Source: Macrostomum hystrix (taxonomy: Eukaryota; Animalia; Platyhelminthes). From it: a DNA stretch of 64,000 nt. Location: positions 1,116,001 through 1,180,000 of the forward strand of contig CATNEN010000031.1 of assembly GCA_950097015.1 (NCBI GenBank), given 5' to 3'. Positions 47,001 to 58,429 of this stretch are shown here, one piece after another (position 1 is the first letter of the stretch; each line of letters begins with the position of its first letter). Position numbers and translations under genes: made by a program. The notes beneath the pieces are model-generated. The model had not been told where the DNA came from and ran no database searches. It saw only the letters and a program-made list of their open reading frames with translations.

Positions 47001-48868
47001 GCCCGGCTGACGGCGGCTGCTCGCAGAGTGTCGCCAGATAGGCCACGCCTGCAGGCTGAGATGGCCGACTTCCTTCGTCAGCTATCGGCGACGGTCGGCT
47101 ACAGACAGGATCAGCTGACGCTGAACAATGTCTACAAGGTGAGCGTAAAACAGAATATTTACAGCAAAGATATTCAGAGATTCTCGTCGGCGTTTCTGGT
47201 GGCAAAACCATCAAGATAATTTTCCTCTTAATCACGTAACCTTGTTGGCTCTCATCGTTTATTATATTGTATTCATCATATTTTTTTATTATTGTATTAT
47301 TAAACCAATACGGATTCGCCATTAGTAGTTTATATAGAAAATGTTGTTTCAAAAGGTGAACTTCGTTTATTGGGTCTGGGAGCTATCGTGAAGGCAGGGG
47401 GGGGGAATTTTACGGTTAAAAGTGATATTCCTCACTGAATTATAGTAACTAGTTTTGTTCCACCTGCGCGGTGAATCGAGTGGGGAAGGTGACACCTTAG
47501 CTACTTGAGCCAACTAAGGAGGGTCTCTTAGATTTGATACATCAGCGTACACTCACTGGGCGAAGATTGCACTCACTCAAACGTGGCTTGAACACGCGAT
47601 TGTATATTCTTTTTAATGGCTATTCATTTGGACATCAAATAAATGTACACCAAATTGAGCAAAATTCGATGGCAGTGTGAACAAGCCTTTAGCGGAGAGA
47701 GGAATGTGCTTACAAATATGGCTGGCCGCCCTGGGGCTTCACCTGATTTCAAGGTCATGGATTTACTTTGGCATCGTTTGCGTTTTCTTGATGGAATCGG
47801 GCGATATGAGCTTTTTCCCTCAATCTCCTCCGAAGGACGAGTTCGCTCGTCAATAAAAATAATGCTAGTCATGTTTGCCAGAGGTCTGCGGGTACAGGCA
47901 AATGTGTGCGTACATCCGCCCTGACTTTTTATTAACAGGCAGTGTGCACTCTTACTAAGCGTTGAATGGTGGGCCCTTATGGGCGAAATCTGCCCCCAAA
48001 CCTTCTCTCCGCGGCTGCGCTACAAATGGATGTGCATTGACTCATTGAATCAGATGGATTTTTTATCTTTCGAGCGCGCATATAGTTACTAACCGATTTG
48101 ACCGTCCACTTACTCGTTGCCCAGCTGATAGACACCCTGATGGTGCTGCGCGCCGCCAACCTCAGCCAGCCGGCCTGGGCTCAAGTGCCAGACACTCAGA
48201 CACGCCTGCGCCGGCTGGGCGAGTTCTCCTGGCACGAATTTGCGCTCACCTTGGAGCTGCGCCGAGTGCGCGTCGGCGTTCTGCTGGATCGCCTCCTGTC
48301 TGACATGGAGGCGGCGGCTGTCGGCCGTCTGCCCCAAGGCGGCGCCGGCCGACGCCTGACAGTCTACTCGGGCCACGACGTGACCATTGTGCCGCTTCTA
48401 GCCGCCCTGGGCAGCCCGGACTACCGTGTGTGGCCGAACTATGCAGCCTGCCTGATGTTCGAGCTGCACTCATCCGCAACTGGCCGTGGCGGTGCGGCCG
48501 AGGTTCGAATCTTCTACCGGAATGAAACCGGACGAGATCCCCTGCAGCTAGAGGTACCCGGCTGCGGCGGTCCCGCCTGCCCACTGGACCAACTCGCCCG
48601 ACTGTTGACCGCCTACCGCCTCAGTCCGAGCCAGTTCAGAGAGCTCTGCGCCCACGATGCCGGCCACAGCAACAACGGCAGCGACCATAGCAACGCATTG
48701 TCAATCAACTTCCACTCTATCCTGATTGCCGTCGCCATAGCCCTGCCCATAGCCATTGTGCTGGTAGCACTTGTGCACATCTGCTGCCTCCACTCAAGGC
48801 TGCTCGGACGGAGTGACGACACTCCGCCAGTAGCCTACCACAGCCTGCTGGGCGAGGTGGAGAACTGA
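35020..48868 (+). CDS. ACP2: Lysosomal/prostatic-type histidine acid phosphatase (ACP2-like)
   Basis: Exons 35020 (or 35089)-35417, 46790-47138, 48125-48868. Catalytic [27 protein letters not shown], and YSGHD acid. C-terminal TM helix followed by YHSLL (YxxPhi/dileucine lysosomal-type signal). The N-terminus is uncertain; exact paralog identity is not established. Confidence 0.85.
35470..35766 (-). mobile_element. tRNA-derived SINE, family A (internally deleted copy)
   Basis: Aligns with 23478-23848 from the tail (gcaggagggc) to the B box (ggaatcgagctc). Confidence 0.8.
35779..35870 (+). mobile_element. SINE family B head (tRNA-like, truncated)
   Basis: tagcccagtggttaggg...ggtcgggagttcgaatctc followed by a SINE-B-like body start; no acceptor-stem closure. 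Confidence 0.6.
35904..36017. repeat. 57-bp tandem duplication
   Basis: ctatgtctatattattc...gaattgacat occurs twice (35904, 35961). Confidence 0.9.
36392..40092 (-). pseudogene. Retrotransposon ORF2 (AP endonuclease, reverse transcriptase, RNase H, CCHC knuckle), disrupted
   Basis: APE (QVNTQH, VQEPW, AGDANSH, SDHRFI), RT ([24 protein letters not shown]), RNase H ([33 protein letters not shown]). Frameshift near 38210-38220. TGA at 36572-36574 replaces the last Cys of CPFC-x8-HFICH(C); the frame then continues to a stop at 36392. Confidence 0.92.
40105..41652 (-). CDS. Retrotransposon ORF1 (gag-like, Ala/Pro/Gly-rich, probably DUF4780-like core)
   Basis: Intact ORF (frame open from 41664; first ATG 41652) ending 12 nt before the ORF2 [11 protein letters not shown] and a [10 protein letters not shown]...FTAILGLSE block resemble Lian/LOA ORF1s. 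No CCHC knuckle. Confidence 0.8.
   Translation of the reverse strand: MASSLPTAPAEDTMVPEAIHAAAPGLAGPATATNAALPNSRDDRGAKRSTTSGAAKRRRRLMAHGKPAPSTEDRAQARGAEGALPRAGAGAGGLAPPAQAPARGGAHDAPRPGSRAKEVPAPIRTAARPEGEAEAEGPVPTADADPEGGVATGQGPGPHATYAAIARRQPAVVITGRDGKRLSSEQLSNICRNIDAMLWQLQLKGEPLAVGASATRESCFVVWPGDAESGRRLLELLPTQSWAAGLDFLRENEPPKTKRHRIFVPAKSVVTSAEDLRMGLIAMNRELPTAGLIVHRTILRPDGTGFTAILGLSEQWTRRYPDGANICICLWKTKIFAFEADKTRGQTGPTTVPATEGSSDPEVGTGGRAQSSRQKRPERAIAGSSERRPARITKRRGLLQRASEVVRTARMAQLRAEMRGGPPGQAPQPRATGEASKVPSSIEQGPSSAPPTAQGALSAPVEGDSGPGLGAGGGDWAADPVEFPPLARGRGTEEPMATDIDPEEEDRLLAESPSK
41885..42130 (-). repeat. 96-97-bp tandem monomers (2.5 copies) in the retrotransposon 5' UTR
   Basis: tgcggactggccgcataccctgtt... 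begins at 41885, 41981 and 42078. Confidence 0.9.
42184..42418 (-). ncRNA. HDV-like self-cleaving ribozyme at the retrotransposon 5' end
   Basis: Minus strand: P1 GCUCGC (42418-13)/GCGAGU (42233-28) with G1-U wobble; P2 CCCAU/AUGGG plus GCUG/CAGC; P3 GGG/CCC; L3 UACACGU; P1.1 AC/GU; P4 GGCUG/CAGCC; J4/2 CAGA (catalytic C at 42199). G1 is the first base after the TSD. Confidence 0.85.
42800..46560. repeat. Large polypyrimidine minisatellite, 30-bp unit (ctccaccctactcttctctcctctcctcag)
   Basis: About 125 copies in the phosphatase intron, with a 628-bp higher-order period. Confidence 0.97.
47836..47868 (+). mobile_element. Helitron-like 3' terminus
   Basis: Perfect hairpin gacgag-ttcg-ctcgtc, 13-nt spacer, then CTAG followed by T; 5' TC end not located. 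Confidence 0.5.
47885..48035 (-). mobile_element. SINE family A internal fragment
   Basis: caggcagtgtgcactct...ccttctctccgcggctgcg matches the other family A copies. Confidence 0.65.
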
Positions 48869-51668
48869 ACTTTATAGCCTAGCTAGCCAGGTCCTAAATG
48901 TTGTCTATATTAACACACGACTCGTATGTACAAAAAATAGCTAAATGGAATTCCAGAGCGTTACACGCCCTACTATCAAGTATTTTAGTCCAGATATTTA
49001 TCATTCATTGTCTTGGATTTAGTGCTATGCTATTACTTTATTCTCTGCTATCTGAGATATAATGGTAATCAAATAAAATCCATATCGTTGTAAAATTCAA
49101 ATTAATAAAAATAACGAAGCGCACGCCCTATGGATTCTATGAATTTTTTGGGCAATTTATGAACTACCATCAATTAGGTACTCTTGGTGATGGTTTTAAC
49201 CTCAGGACAGCTGTTCTCTGATTTCTGTGATTTCCCTGTCTTATTGTACGATTAGATATAGTTTAATTTGTCATGGACCTCGTTTTGAGCCTATTTTAGA
49301 CACTTCTGTCTGCACCATCTCTAATTCTCGTTCTCTGATGGCATTTTCGGCCTGGCTATGTTCGCATAGCAAGCTAACTTATGAGTTCCTATATATAGTC
49401 TAAACGATGTTGATTTCGGCAGAATGTTTTATTGTAGATCGTTTCCGTGCCCTAAAATTATATGAGTTTTATATGTTTTTTAGACACGGAGGCTGCCATT
49501 ATCCATGTGCAGTTCATGGATGACTAAAAGTAACGTATCTACAGGACACATCTAATCTAGCCTATTCCGAATCGTATCCTGGAAGCACAGAGTGCACAAT
49601 ATAGCTACTTTAGTAGTCCTTGGTACAGTTACTGACTTCCATTAAACTAGTTCAATACAACTTCACCCTAGTGCCGACATCTGTGTAACTGCGTCACTCA
49701 TTGTTCTCAGCAATAAGCCCAGATATATGTTAAGTATCCATTGACGGTGCAACCTGAGCAGACATGTCGACGGATTAATCCAACTGCATGGCCGGATAAT
49801 TTGAGGTTTTATTGTTTGACATCGCGTTATCGACTCTTCCCAATCCCCGTTTCGGATGTCAGTATCTAATCGATAATGCTGTATATTTTTCAAAACGAAT
49901 TTCGAGAACGGACTAAAATCTATTAGCTATTTGCGTAGATAAGGCGGAAATTGGATTGGCTCGAAATACTGATGAGGTAATTAGAGCTACCCGCAAAAAA
50001 CGTTTTTTTATATCATTGCCGCTTCCGCTGACCCCTCGGCCAGCTCTCTGCTCCGCTGGCACAGACGAAAGAAGACTTACTCGTAGTATGACCACTTAGA
50101 GATCGCGTTTAATTGCCTGAATATCTAGAAATCAAACGGTTTTTTAATTATCTGATTTTGCGGTGCAAAAAGGAGGATAAGGTGCGCTTGCACGTTTAGT
50201 GGTTTGTAAGAGTTCGATCTGATTTATAGTTATATTATTATTTGCACTATAACTCAAAACTATGCCCATCACAGGTTTTAATTATCTAATACAAGGTAAA
50301 AAGCTAAATTGCACTCTCGTGATAATTTTATTTGGTATTAATTTACTTTACATTTGGCCTAAGGCTTCGCGGACTGCACCTTATGCAGGTGCGTCGGTTG
50401 TCAAAGGAAGGCTGCGGTTTCGGCCAAATCCGATCTGCATGCCGTGACTCGACAATGCACTATTCTCTAGAGAGCACAGCATGCCGTTTACTTTGCTCAA
50501 AATCGTTGACGTCTCCACTGGAATACAGGCTTTAAATTTTAGTTTATAAATAACTATCTTTGCTTTGGGGTCTTACTCTATGAAGCGGTTTTTCGTCACA
50601 AAATTATTATTCATGACCTGACTTAGCTGCATTGGGGCATCGCCGCCCGTTCCGCTATAGCCCCTGGCGACCACGGGCAACTAAAGCTGCGGTGTCGCGC
50701 AGGGAGATGCCGCGGCGTACACAGCGCGGTTGTCCTCCGCAGAATCCATGCAGGAGGTGGAGACTCGCTCGCCCGGTGGCCCTATAGAACATTAAAATCA
50801 TTGCGTACATGCTGCTACCAAATATGCTTCACAACAGTTTCGCATTAGAGGCATCCATGTAGTTATTGGATTATGTTGTAGCTCTTACAATAACATCTGG
50901 GAAGGGTCGATAAGAGAAGATTGAGCAGTACAACATGAATACGTTAAAGTGCTAAAGGTTTTTAGCCTATGTAGCAAAGTCGGATGTTTTGTAGCTATTT
51001 TTTTTGCTTTAGTTGAAGTCTCGGCAGCAATATCCTGCCTTGGTTTGTTGTTCTCTTTCTGTCTACTAGACTGTGATGACCTGCAGAACTAAACAAAATT
51101 TAGACATGACACAACCTGTGCAAGTGGTTTAATGTAAGGTTGATTTTTATTTAAAGTTCCTTAAAATAAACTAACCCTGAATCCTTTCACGAGACGAAAA
51201 GTAATCAGTACATTCGCATGAAAATACTTCACCCCAATGATCGCGAAAATCACTCGTCTGAAAGTCACTGTTGATTGATTTGTTTCGCAGAGCTATTGAA
51301 TATTTAACAGTATGGCAAACTAACTCAAAGCAAAACGTTTTGTGAGCAAGCTTTTAGAATTGATTTGTGTCAGGTTACAAGACAAGAAATAGTGAATTAT
51401 AATTAGCGTCAGCAGCACCTGCTTTGACACTGCACGTGTAAATAATCCTTGCATAAAAAACTGAACGTCTTAAAAGCATTTTTGCGTGCTCTTTGATCGG
51501 TTTACCTTAATCAAAGTTACCAAATAGCAACGCTGTATAGTCCGGTTTTTCAGTCTGTTTTTCTGTCACGGTGAATATCCGGAGAATATTTTAACGTGAC
51601 AGGAACTATGTGTGAGACCTCTCAGATCGACCGTTTTGCTTTTATGTAGACTAGATTTATCTATATAG

Positions 51669-51698
<30 letters not shown>

Positions 51699-51702
<4 letters not shown>

Positions 51703-51830
51703 AGTACAGAATGCTGCCAAAAGCCTCGGCAGGCCCCGGGTGAAGGCATTGCCATAGATACTCTTGGATGTGCGATTCAAATAGGGCATCGCTAGTGCCA
51801 TGCCACATAGTCTCGTCAGTATTTTCCGTC
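51699..51830 (-). pseudogene. Merlin/IS1595-like (ISXO2) transposase C-terminal remnant
   Basis: HGTSDALFESHIQEYLW...AFGSILYWI resembles the ISXO2-type C-terminal motif; truncated by a (TA)n tract. Confidence 0.5.
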
Positions 51831-52339
51831 ACTTCCATCAGATCCCTTGAATTTATATTTAGTTCCGTAAGTGCCTGTGCCGGCAGAACTTCATTTGGTG
51901 GCACAATCCACGATGGTCTTGTGTGCTGTCCAGCCATTTGCAAATCAGAAGAGTCTCGAAGTCTCTAAAATCCAAACTATTGTGAGGGCTCAATAAAACT
52001 CAGCCGATTTTTTGTGCCCCAAACAACTCTACGCGGCTACTATGGCCCATAGACAACTCCCATTCGTCATTCCGCATCATTGGCACCATTTTAAAAAAGG
52101 AAAAAAATCGCAAATGAAAGTCAATTTGTAACGCAGCTAGACTTATACTCTTGAAGGTGGCTGAGTGTGCACCAGAAAAAATGTTACCACCAAGCCACTT
52201 TATAAACCATGTGACAACAAAACACCTTTTATACAAAATACAGTTTGTGCTCTGTACATTGACAAAATCACTTTGTGCATCATGAGATGAGACAATGAAA
52301 AACACTATTTTTTTAATTCATTGAAAATGACTCATAAAT

Positions 52340-53375
52340 AAAAAAAATAATTGCAGGAGGGCTGTGGGCACTGGCACATCATTTAGTGACACTAGATCCA
52401 CAGCTAGCAAGAAGGCAATTCTGGCTCTAGAGCCGGAAACAGTCCATTTCGGCGACAGACCATTTCGGCGACAACCATTTCGGCGACAAGTCATTTCGGC
52501 GACAATTCTTTTGAAACAGGGCCCGCCGATTAAAAGTAATAAAATTTAATCGAATAAAACAAATAGAACAAATCGGCAACAAATGCACTGTGATCGCGAT
52601 TAGATCGATAAGTTCGATTAAAAGTAAAAGACCTTACTGCTCTTTTAAAAAAAGCTCTCCAGTCTCTGTAGCTGGCGGTAATGCTGCTGTGTCACGCCGC
52701 TGTTGCAGGTCCTATGCTGCCACCTGGAACATTCGTCACATTGCAGCGCTTGCTGCCTATGTCTGACCAGATCGTGGCAAACAACACAGCTAAACATGAC
52801 TGAATAACTAACTGGCTGACTAACTGGCTGGCTGGCTTTTATACACCATATCAGCTTTTTTTGCACGTTATAGCACTGGGCCTGTTGTCCTCTCTAACTC
52901 ATCCTTTCCCTCAACTTGAGATCCAATGTGCTATTTTTCATTGCACGTCGCACATTGCTCATGCACATTGCACGATGCTACTTATAAGTAAGACAAGGTG
53001 AGGTTGACGCACATAGAGCGCGGACCAAACTGATCCAAACTCGCGCGGCTATTTATATTACATGTTAAAACAAATACTATAACAGGAATACATTAATAAA
53101 AGTAGAAGAATCAAATACATGCATTACATACTCAATAAGCAAACACTATCAGATCCATTATTACTGCGGTTTTGATGTTTGTCGCCGAAGTGGTTGTCGC
53201 CGAAATGACTTGTCGCCAAAATGGTTGTCGCCGAAATGGCTTGTCGCCGAAATGGACCGGATCCCTAGAGCCAGCACATGCATAATATATACAGGCACTT
53301 GAGGTAGACACTTTAATTGGTGTGTAGGCCTATATCTACCCTGACTTTCTTGTTGTTAGGCAGTTTATTCTCAAT
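52340..53375 (-). mobile_element. SINE family A copy interrupted by a DNA-transposon insertion
   Basis: gcaggagggctgtgggcactggcacatcattt... stops at ctagagcc (52434) and resumes after the second ctagagcc (53272). Confidence 0.7.
52435..53264. mobile_element. Non-autonomous DNA transposon with GG..CC termini, 8-bp TSD and PHD-finger fragment (MULE- or Merlin-like)
   Basis: TIR ggaaacagtccatttcggcgaca / tgtcgccgaaatggaccggatcc; subterminal catttcggcgaca repeats; perfect TSD ctagagcc; internal CVVC...CDECSRWQHRTC (52797-52645, minus). Confidence 0.8.
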
Positions 53376-53989
53376 GTACCACAGACCTCCCAAAAATAAA
53401 TCATACTAATTGAAATTGTAAAGGAGACACCAAACTGACAATCATATTATCATATTTACATTAATTTAAATTTAATAGCTTATTATAGGCCTAGTCATAC
53501 TAAATGTTATTATAGTATATGCTATGCCTATAATATGAAATGTAGCATAGAATTTTCAAAAAAGAACTATGAGGAATAGTTTATTTTTATATTTGGCCTA
53601 TCGTAATAACTGTTTCCTAAATAAAGGTTTTTTAGTAAGATAAATTACAATGTCATCATGGACTCATACTCAGTTTGTAAAAATGGAAGAAAAGCAAGGT
53701 AGCAATACTATAGAGGAAGGCAATAAAAAATGCTATTCTTTAAAGCTTGAGCTTAAGCTAAAAATATATTAATATAAAGAAAATTTTTTTAGGATATTAG
53801 TAAAATAGGCCTAATGTTAGCTAATAATAATGATAATCTCACATGAGGCACACTATAGCTATGGCCTAGGTCTATACCTATAAGGATAAGGGACATAACA
53901 TAGTCCTATCTGTTTAATTATTTTGAATAATTTAAGTGGATCATAATTGAGGTTTGCTAAATGTCAAAACTTGTAATTGCACTTGCACC

Positions 53990-54230
53990 CTGTTGCGCTG
54001 CATCTCTGCAGTCAGGAGTATTGGCACTCATCTGGCACATTCCATGCTGGACTGTCAGGATGGACTGCATGCTGCCATAACTAATGCCACAGACCTCTGC
54101 TATCTCAGCAACAGTCACTCGCCAGTCCCCTTCAAGGAGGCTCTGCACATGCTCTGCTCTGATCTGCCATTCTCCGGTTGTGGCGGTACCCAGTCCGTTC
54201 AAACCACAGGGGTGCCCACGAACTCTGGAA
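53990..54230 (-). pseudogene. Degenerate mariner transposase N-terminal (HTH) fragment
   Basis: DWRVTVAEIAEVCGISYGSMQSIL...GMCQMSA matches the mariner DRRxTxxEIAxxxGISxGSVxxIL...GMxKxSARW pattern; TIRs not found. Confidence 0.7.
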
Positions 54231-54761
54231 CCAGTGAGGGTCTGACGTCAGTTCCTTCAACAGCTTGGTACCACTCCAGATATTCCGTTTCGATGTCCTC
54301 ATCTGAATCTGAACTACTCGCGCTTTTAACGTTGTTAGCATCCTCACTTAGGCTCATCATGAAAAATACTTGTAATTGTATTCATCCTCGTCATCAGTAA
54401 GCAACTCTATGGCTTACTTATAGTAAAGTGAAGTGGAACAAAATAATTATCGGGCAGAAGCAAAATCTAAGTGATACTATCGGCGGGAGTGGTGGTTTAA
54501 TGAAGATGTACCTTCATCGATGTGGCAGCTGTCTATGGCCGTTTTCGGCCTAGCTGTCAATAACAGCAGTGAGGTCTTACAAAACTGTAGTCAAGTAGAA
54601 AGATATATGTAGATATAATCTATAGATATTTCCATAGATATAAAAAGATAAGCAGTCAAGTAGATATTTACATTGTTTTCTATTTCAGTGTTTACAATCA
54701 AATAGTTTGATTGCTTGCTAGTCAGCCAAGTGGTTGGCCACACCCGCAGTGTTCCACACCC

Positions 54762-56892
54762 ATGGCTCTATTGCCAAACAGGCCGAGAGTTCGAATAGCA
54801 TTCTACTTAGCAGCCGCTCTATGGCTGACGGTCATGCTACTTATCTATCGCCATTCAGCACCGTCAGTTGGGCCGGCCGAAGACCCAATCGGCAGTCACC
54901 ATCTAGCTTCTCAGCTACTTGATCGCATCAACAAGCAGTCGCAGGAGTTGCAGCAGGTACTAGACGAGAGTCGTCGGCTAGCCGAGGCGCTGCGATCTCG
55001 CAACAGCGCCGGCGTTGCCGGCTTTATTCCAGCCACCGAGATTGAAGCTGCTCGACCATCGGCAGCAACGCTGAGTCCTTCGCTTGACATGCCAGCCGAC
55101 ATTGCGGTGCTTGTAATTGCATGCAATCGGCCCACAGTGCGTCGCAGCCTGGACCAGATATTCAAGTACATGCCAGTTGGGGGACAGCACAGGTTTCATG
55201 TGGTTGTGTCGCAGGACTGCGGACACGCTGAGACAGCTGGGGTTATTCAATCCTACGGCAGCAAGCTCACGCATATTCGCCAGCCGGACCTGCAGCCAAT
55301 CAGCGTGCCAGCTAAGGAGAGACTTCTGCTAGGCTATTATCATATATCGAGGCATTTCCGATGGGCATTTGACCAGGTAAAGTTTTTTAGTTAATTATTT
55401 AGCTCAATTACATTATGGTAGTTACTGTACCTATCACAGGAAGTCACAGTCGCCATCTCATAAGCCCTATTATCTGTGGATGCGTATATGAAGGCTGCGT
55501 ACGGCTGTTCAGTCCATGGTCTGTGGGGCGGCACATCTACCCTCAATTACTCCAGCTAATGCGGGAAGCAATGCAGTTTTATGTGTCTTGTTTAAGGACA
55601 CAAACTGTCGCGTCGGGAATCGAACCTCCGGCTTTGAAGTCATGAGTACGACGTTCTAAACCAGGGGTCGGCAAACTCCGGCCCTCGAAGCTCCCAAATC
55701 CGTTCTATTGCCCTTCCGACACCTACAGTATCCTGTTTCATCTTTTCCCTGTCTCATCTCTCCTCGGTCTCGTCTCTCCTGTGTCTCATCTCTCCGTGTC
55801 TTATCTCTCTTGTTTCTCATCTCTGCTGTGTCTAATCTCCTGTTTCTCATCTCTTCTCTGTCTAATCTCTCCCCTACCTCTTATTTATACAGTTGATGCG
55901 GCCCGCTGACTCTCTTTGGCCCGCTAGCTGATAAGTTTGCCGAACCCTGCTCTAAACACTAGGCTACAGCCCATAAAACCTAGAAGGCCGCCAGTTCGAG
56001 TCTGAATTAAGTGTATTGCTCAATTTCAATAATAGAGCCCACTTAGCGAATTGTTTCCCTTGTGCTGAGATTCGAACACACGACCCCACGGTATGGGCAG
56101 GCAATAATTCATGACCCAGTCTGATGCCAACTGATGCAGGTATTCCTTCAGATGAACTACTCAGCTGCCATCGTCGTGGAAGATGATCTGGACATTGCGC
56201 CGGACTTCTTCGACTATTTCACTCACCTGGGCCGCATCATGGTCCAGGATCCCACAGTCTGGTGCGTGTCGGCCTGGAACGACAACGGCAAAGGCAACCT
56301 CATCGATACGAACCGGGCCGACCTGTTCTACAGGACTGATTTCTTTCCCGGCCTTGGCTGGATGCTGCAGCGGCACACCTGGTTAGAGCTGCGCCCTACC
56401 TGGCCGGCCGCCTTCTGGGACGATCACATGCGCAAGGCCGGGGTGAGGCGCGGCCGGGCCTGCCTGCGGCCTGAGGTCTCGCGCAGTTACACATTCGGCC
56501 GAGTTGGGGTCAGCAATGGCCAGTATTTCGACAAGTATTTGCGCTTCATTCAACTCAGCAAGAAGCCAATTGACTACTCTAAATTAGACTTGAGCTACCT
56601 GCTTAAGTCTAACTATGATGTTCAGTACCTGGATCGGGTTTATAATCTGCCACTGGTCACGCTGGATACTGCTCTGTCTAGCGGCGGATCTGTGCCGTCC
56701 GAGGTTCGAGTCCAGTACAACGGGCCGAAAGAATTCACGGACTTGGCCAAACGATTGGACATTATGCCGGACTTCAAAGACGGCGTGCCGCGCTGCGCCT
56801 ACAGCGGTGTGGTCCCGGTGTTCAGGTCCGGCCGCCGGATCCACCTGGCGCCTGGCCGGCCCTGGAAGGGCTACGATGTCACGTGGAAGTGA
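54762..56892 (+). CDS. MGAT1: Alpha-1,3-mannosyl-glycoprotein 2-beta-N-acetylglucosaminyltransferase (GlcNAc-TI)
   Basis: Exons 54762-55376 and 56140-56892 give 455 aa. Type II TM anchor, VLVIACNRP, VSQDCGH, YYHISRHFRWA, EDDLDIAPDFF, SAWNDNG, RTDFFPGLGW, FWDD.MR, FGRVGVSNGQ. Confidence 0.96.
55425..55966 (-). mobile_element. SINE family B copy interrupted by a hAT MITE
   Basis: Head tagcctagtgtttagaacg...ggttcgattccc is split at 55654-55661/55950-55957; the body gtacggctgttcagtccatgg matches the 4700-4974 copy. Confidence 0.7.
55662..55949. mobile_element. hAT (Charlie-like) MITE, inverted sister of 15373-16046
   Basis: TIRs caggggtcggcaaact / agtttgccgaaccctg; TSD ttctaaac / ctctaaac; short internal tctcatctc repeat. 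Confidence 0.88.
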
Positions 56893-57164
56893 GGTCACGT
56901 GATATTATGTCCCCAGCTCCCCAAATTTAGCAACTACTGTAGAACTATTCTCTCGTGCTTGATTTTGTAGAGCAATTGGTTTCATAGATGTGCATATATA
57001 TATTCTCTGTTATCTGTTATCTTAACCGGAATCCGTATCTTTTATCGGTTATCCAACGAGTCATGATTATTTTTATCTCTACTGAATTAGTATTAACACA
57101 ACAACAATATGTTAGCTCATTTCCTTCATGCCCTGTTAAGCGTCCTTAGGCCTCACTCAGATCC

Positions 57165-57643
57165 CTTTTCAGGTCCCATTTAGCCCAGTTCTGCGGTCCC
57201 AGCCCACTTTTCAGGTCCCATTTAGCCCAGTTCTGTGGTCCCAGCCCACTTTTCAGGTCCCATTTAGCCCAGTTCTGCGGTCCCAGCCCACTTTTCAGGT
57301 CCCATTTAGCCCAGTTCTGCGGTCCCAGCCCACTTTTCAGGTCCCATTTAGCCCAGTTCTGTGGTCCCAGCCCACTTTTCAGGTCCCATTTAGACCAGTT
57401 CTGCGGTCCCAGCCCACTTTTCAGGTCCCATTTAGCCCAGTTCTGCGGTCCCAGCCAACTTTTCAGGTCCCATTTAGCCCAGTTCTGCGGTCCCAGCCCA
57501 CTTTTCAGGTCCCATTTAGCCCAGTTCTGCGGTCCCTGCCAACTTTTCAGGTCCCATTTAGCCCAGTTCTGTGGTCCCAGCCCACTTTTCAGGTCCCATT
57601 TAGCCCAGTTCTGCGGTCCCTGCCAACTTTTCAGGTCCCATTT
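57165..57643. repeat. Minisatellite, 42-bp unit
   Basis: ttttcaggtcccatttagcccagttctgcggtcccagcccac, about 11 copies. Confidence 0.95.
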
Positions 57644-57944
57644 AGAGTGTGCCTATAGAATTCTACACTTGTTTCATCAGTTTTTTTTTTCTGCTGTTAA
57701 AGACTATTCATTCGACAACGTTTTTATCGGATAAAAATTCTGTGTTAGCGCGTTTAATTGACTGTTATCTTTTAATTTGCTTTCAGATGCTCATTACTCT
57801 GTTTATTTGTTTCGTTTCTCCTTGTACTTTTGGTGCTGTGTCTTTACTTTGCCTCTCCGGAAATTGCCCTTCTAGTAGACTTGCCTATTACTAGTACTTT
57901 TGCACTCAAAGATGAGACTAAAATTATTTGGATCTGATTTCACG

Positions 57945-58345
57945 AGTTTCATATCCCCAGCAACATCAGTTCATCGAGTTCCAGATCCCCAGCAACATCA
58001 ATTCATGGAGTTCCAGATCCCCAGCTGTATCAATTCATCGAGTTCCATATCCCCAGCTGTATCAATTCATCGAGTTCCAGATCCCCAGCTGTATCAATTC
58101 ATCGAGTTCCATATCCCCAGCTGTATCAATTCATCGAGTTCCAGATCCCCAGCAACATCAGTTCATCGAGTTCCAGATCCCCAGCAACATCAGTTCATCG
58201 AGTTCCAGATCCCCAGCAACATAAGTTCATCGAGTTCCAGATCCCCAGCAACATAAATTCATCGTGTTCCAGATACCCGGCAACATCAATTCATCGTGTT
58301 CCAGATCCCAGCAACATCAATTCATCGAGTTCCAGATCCCCAGCT
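57945..58345. repeat. Minisatellite, 32-bp unit
   Basis: ccagatccccagcaacatcagttcatcgagtt, about 12 copies. Confidence 0.92.
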
Positions 58346-58429
58346 GTGTCAAATCATCGAATAGCTTTGTTACAGTGTCGTACATCGCTACTACCCATGT
58401 TTCTCACAATTGTCTGAATTGTTTTGTGT

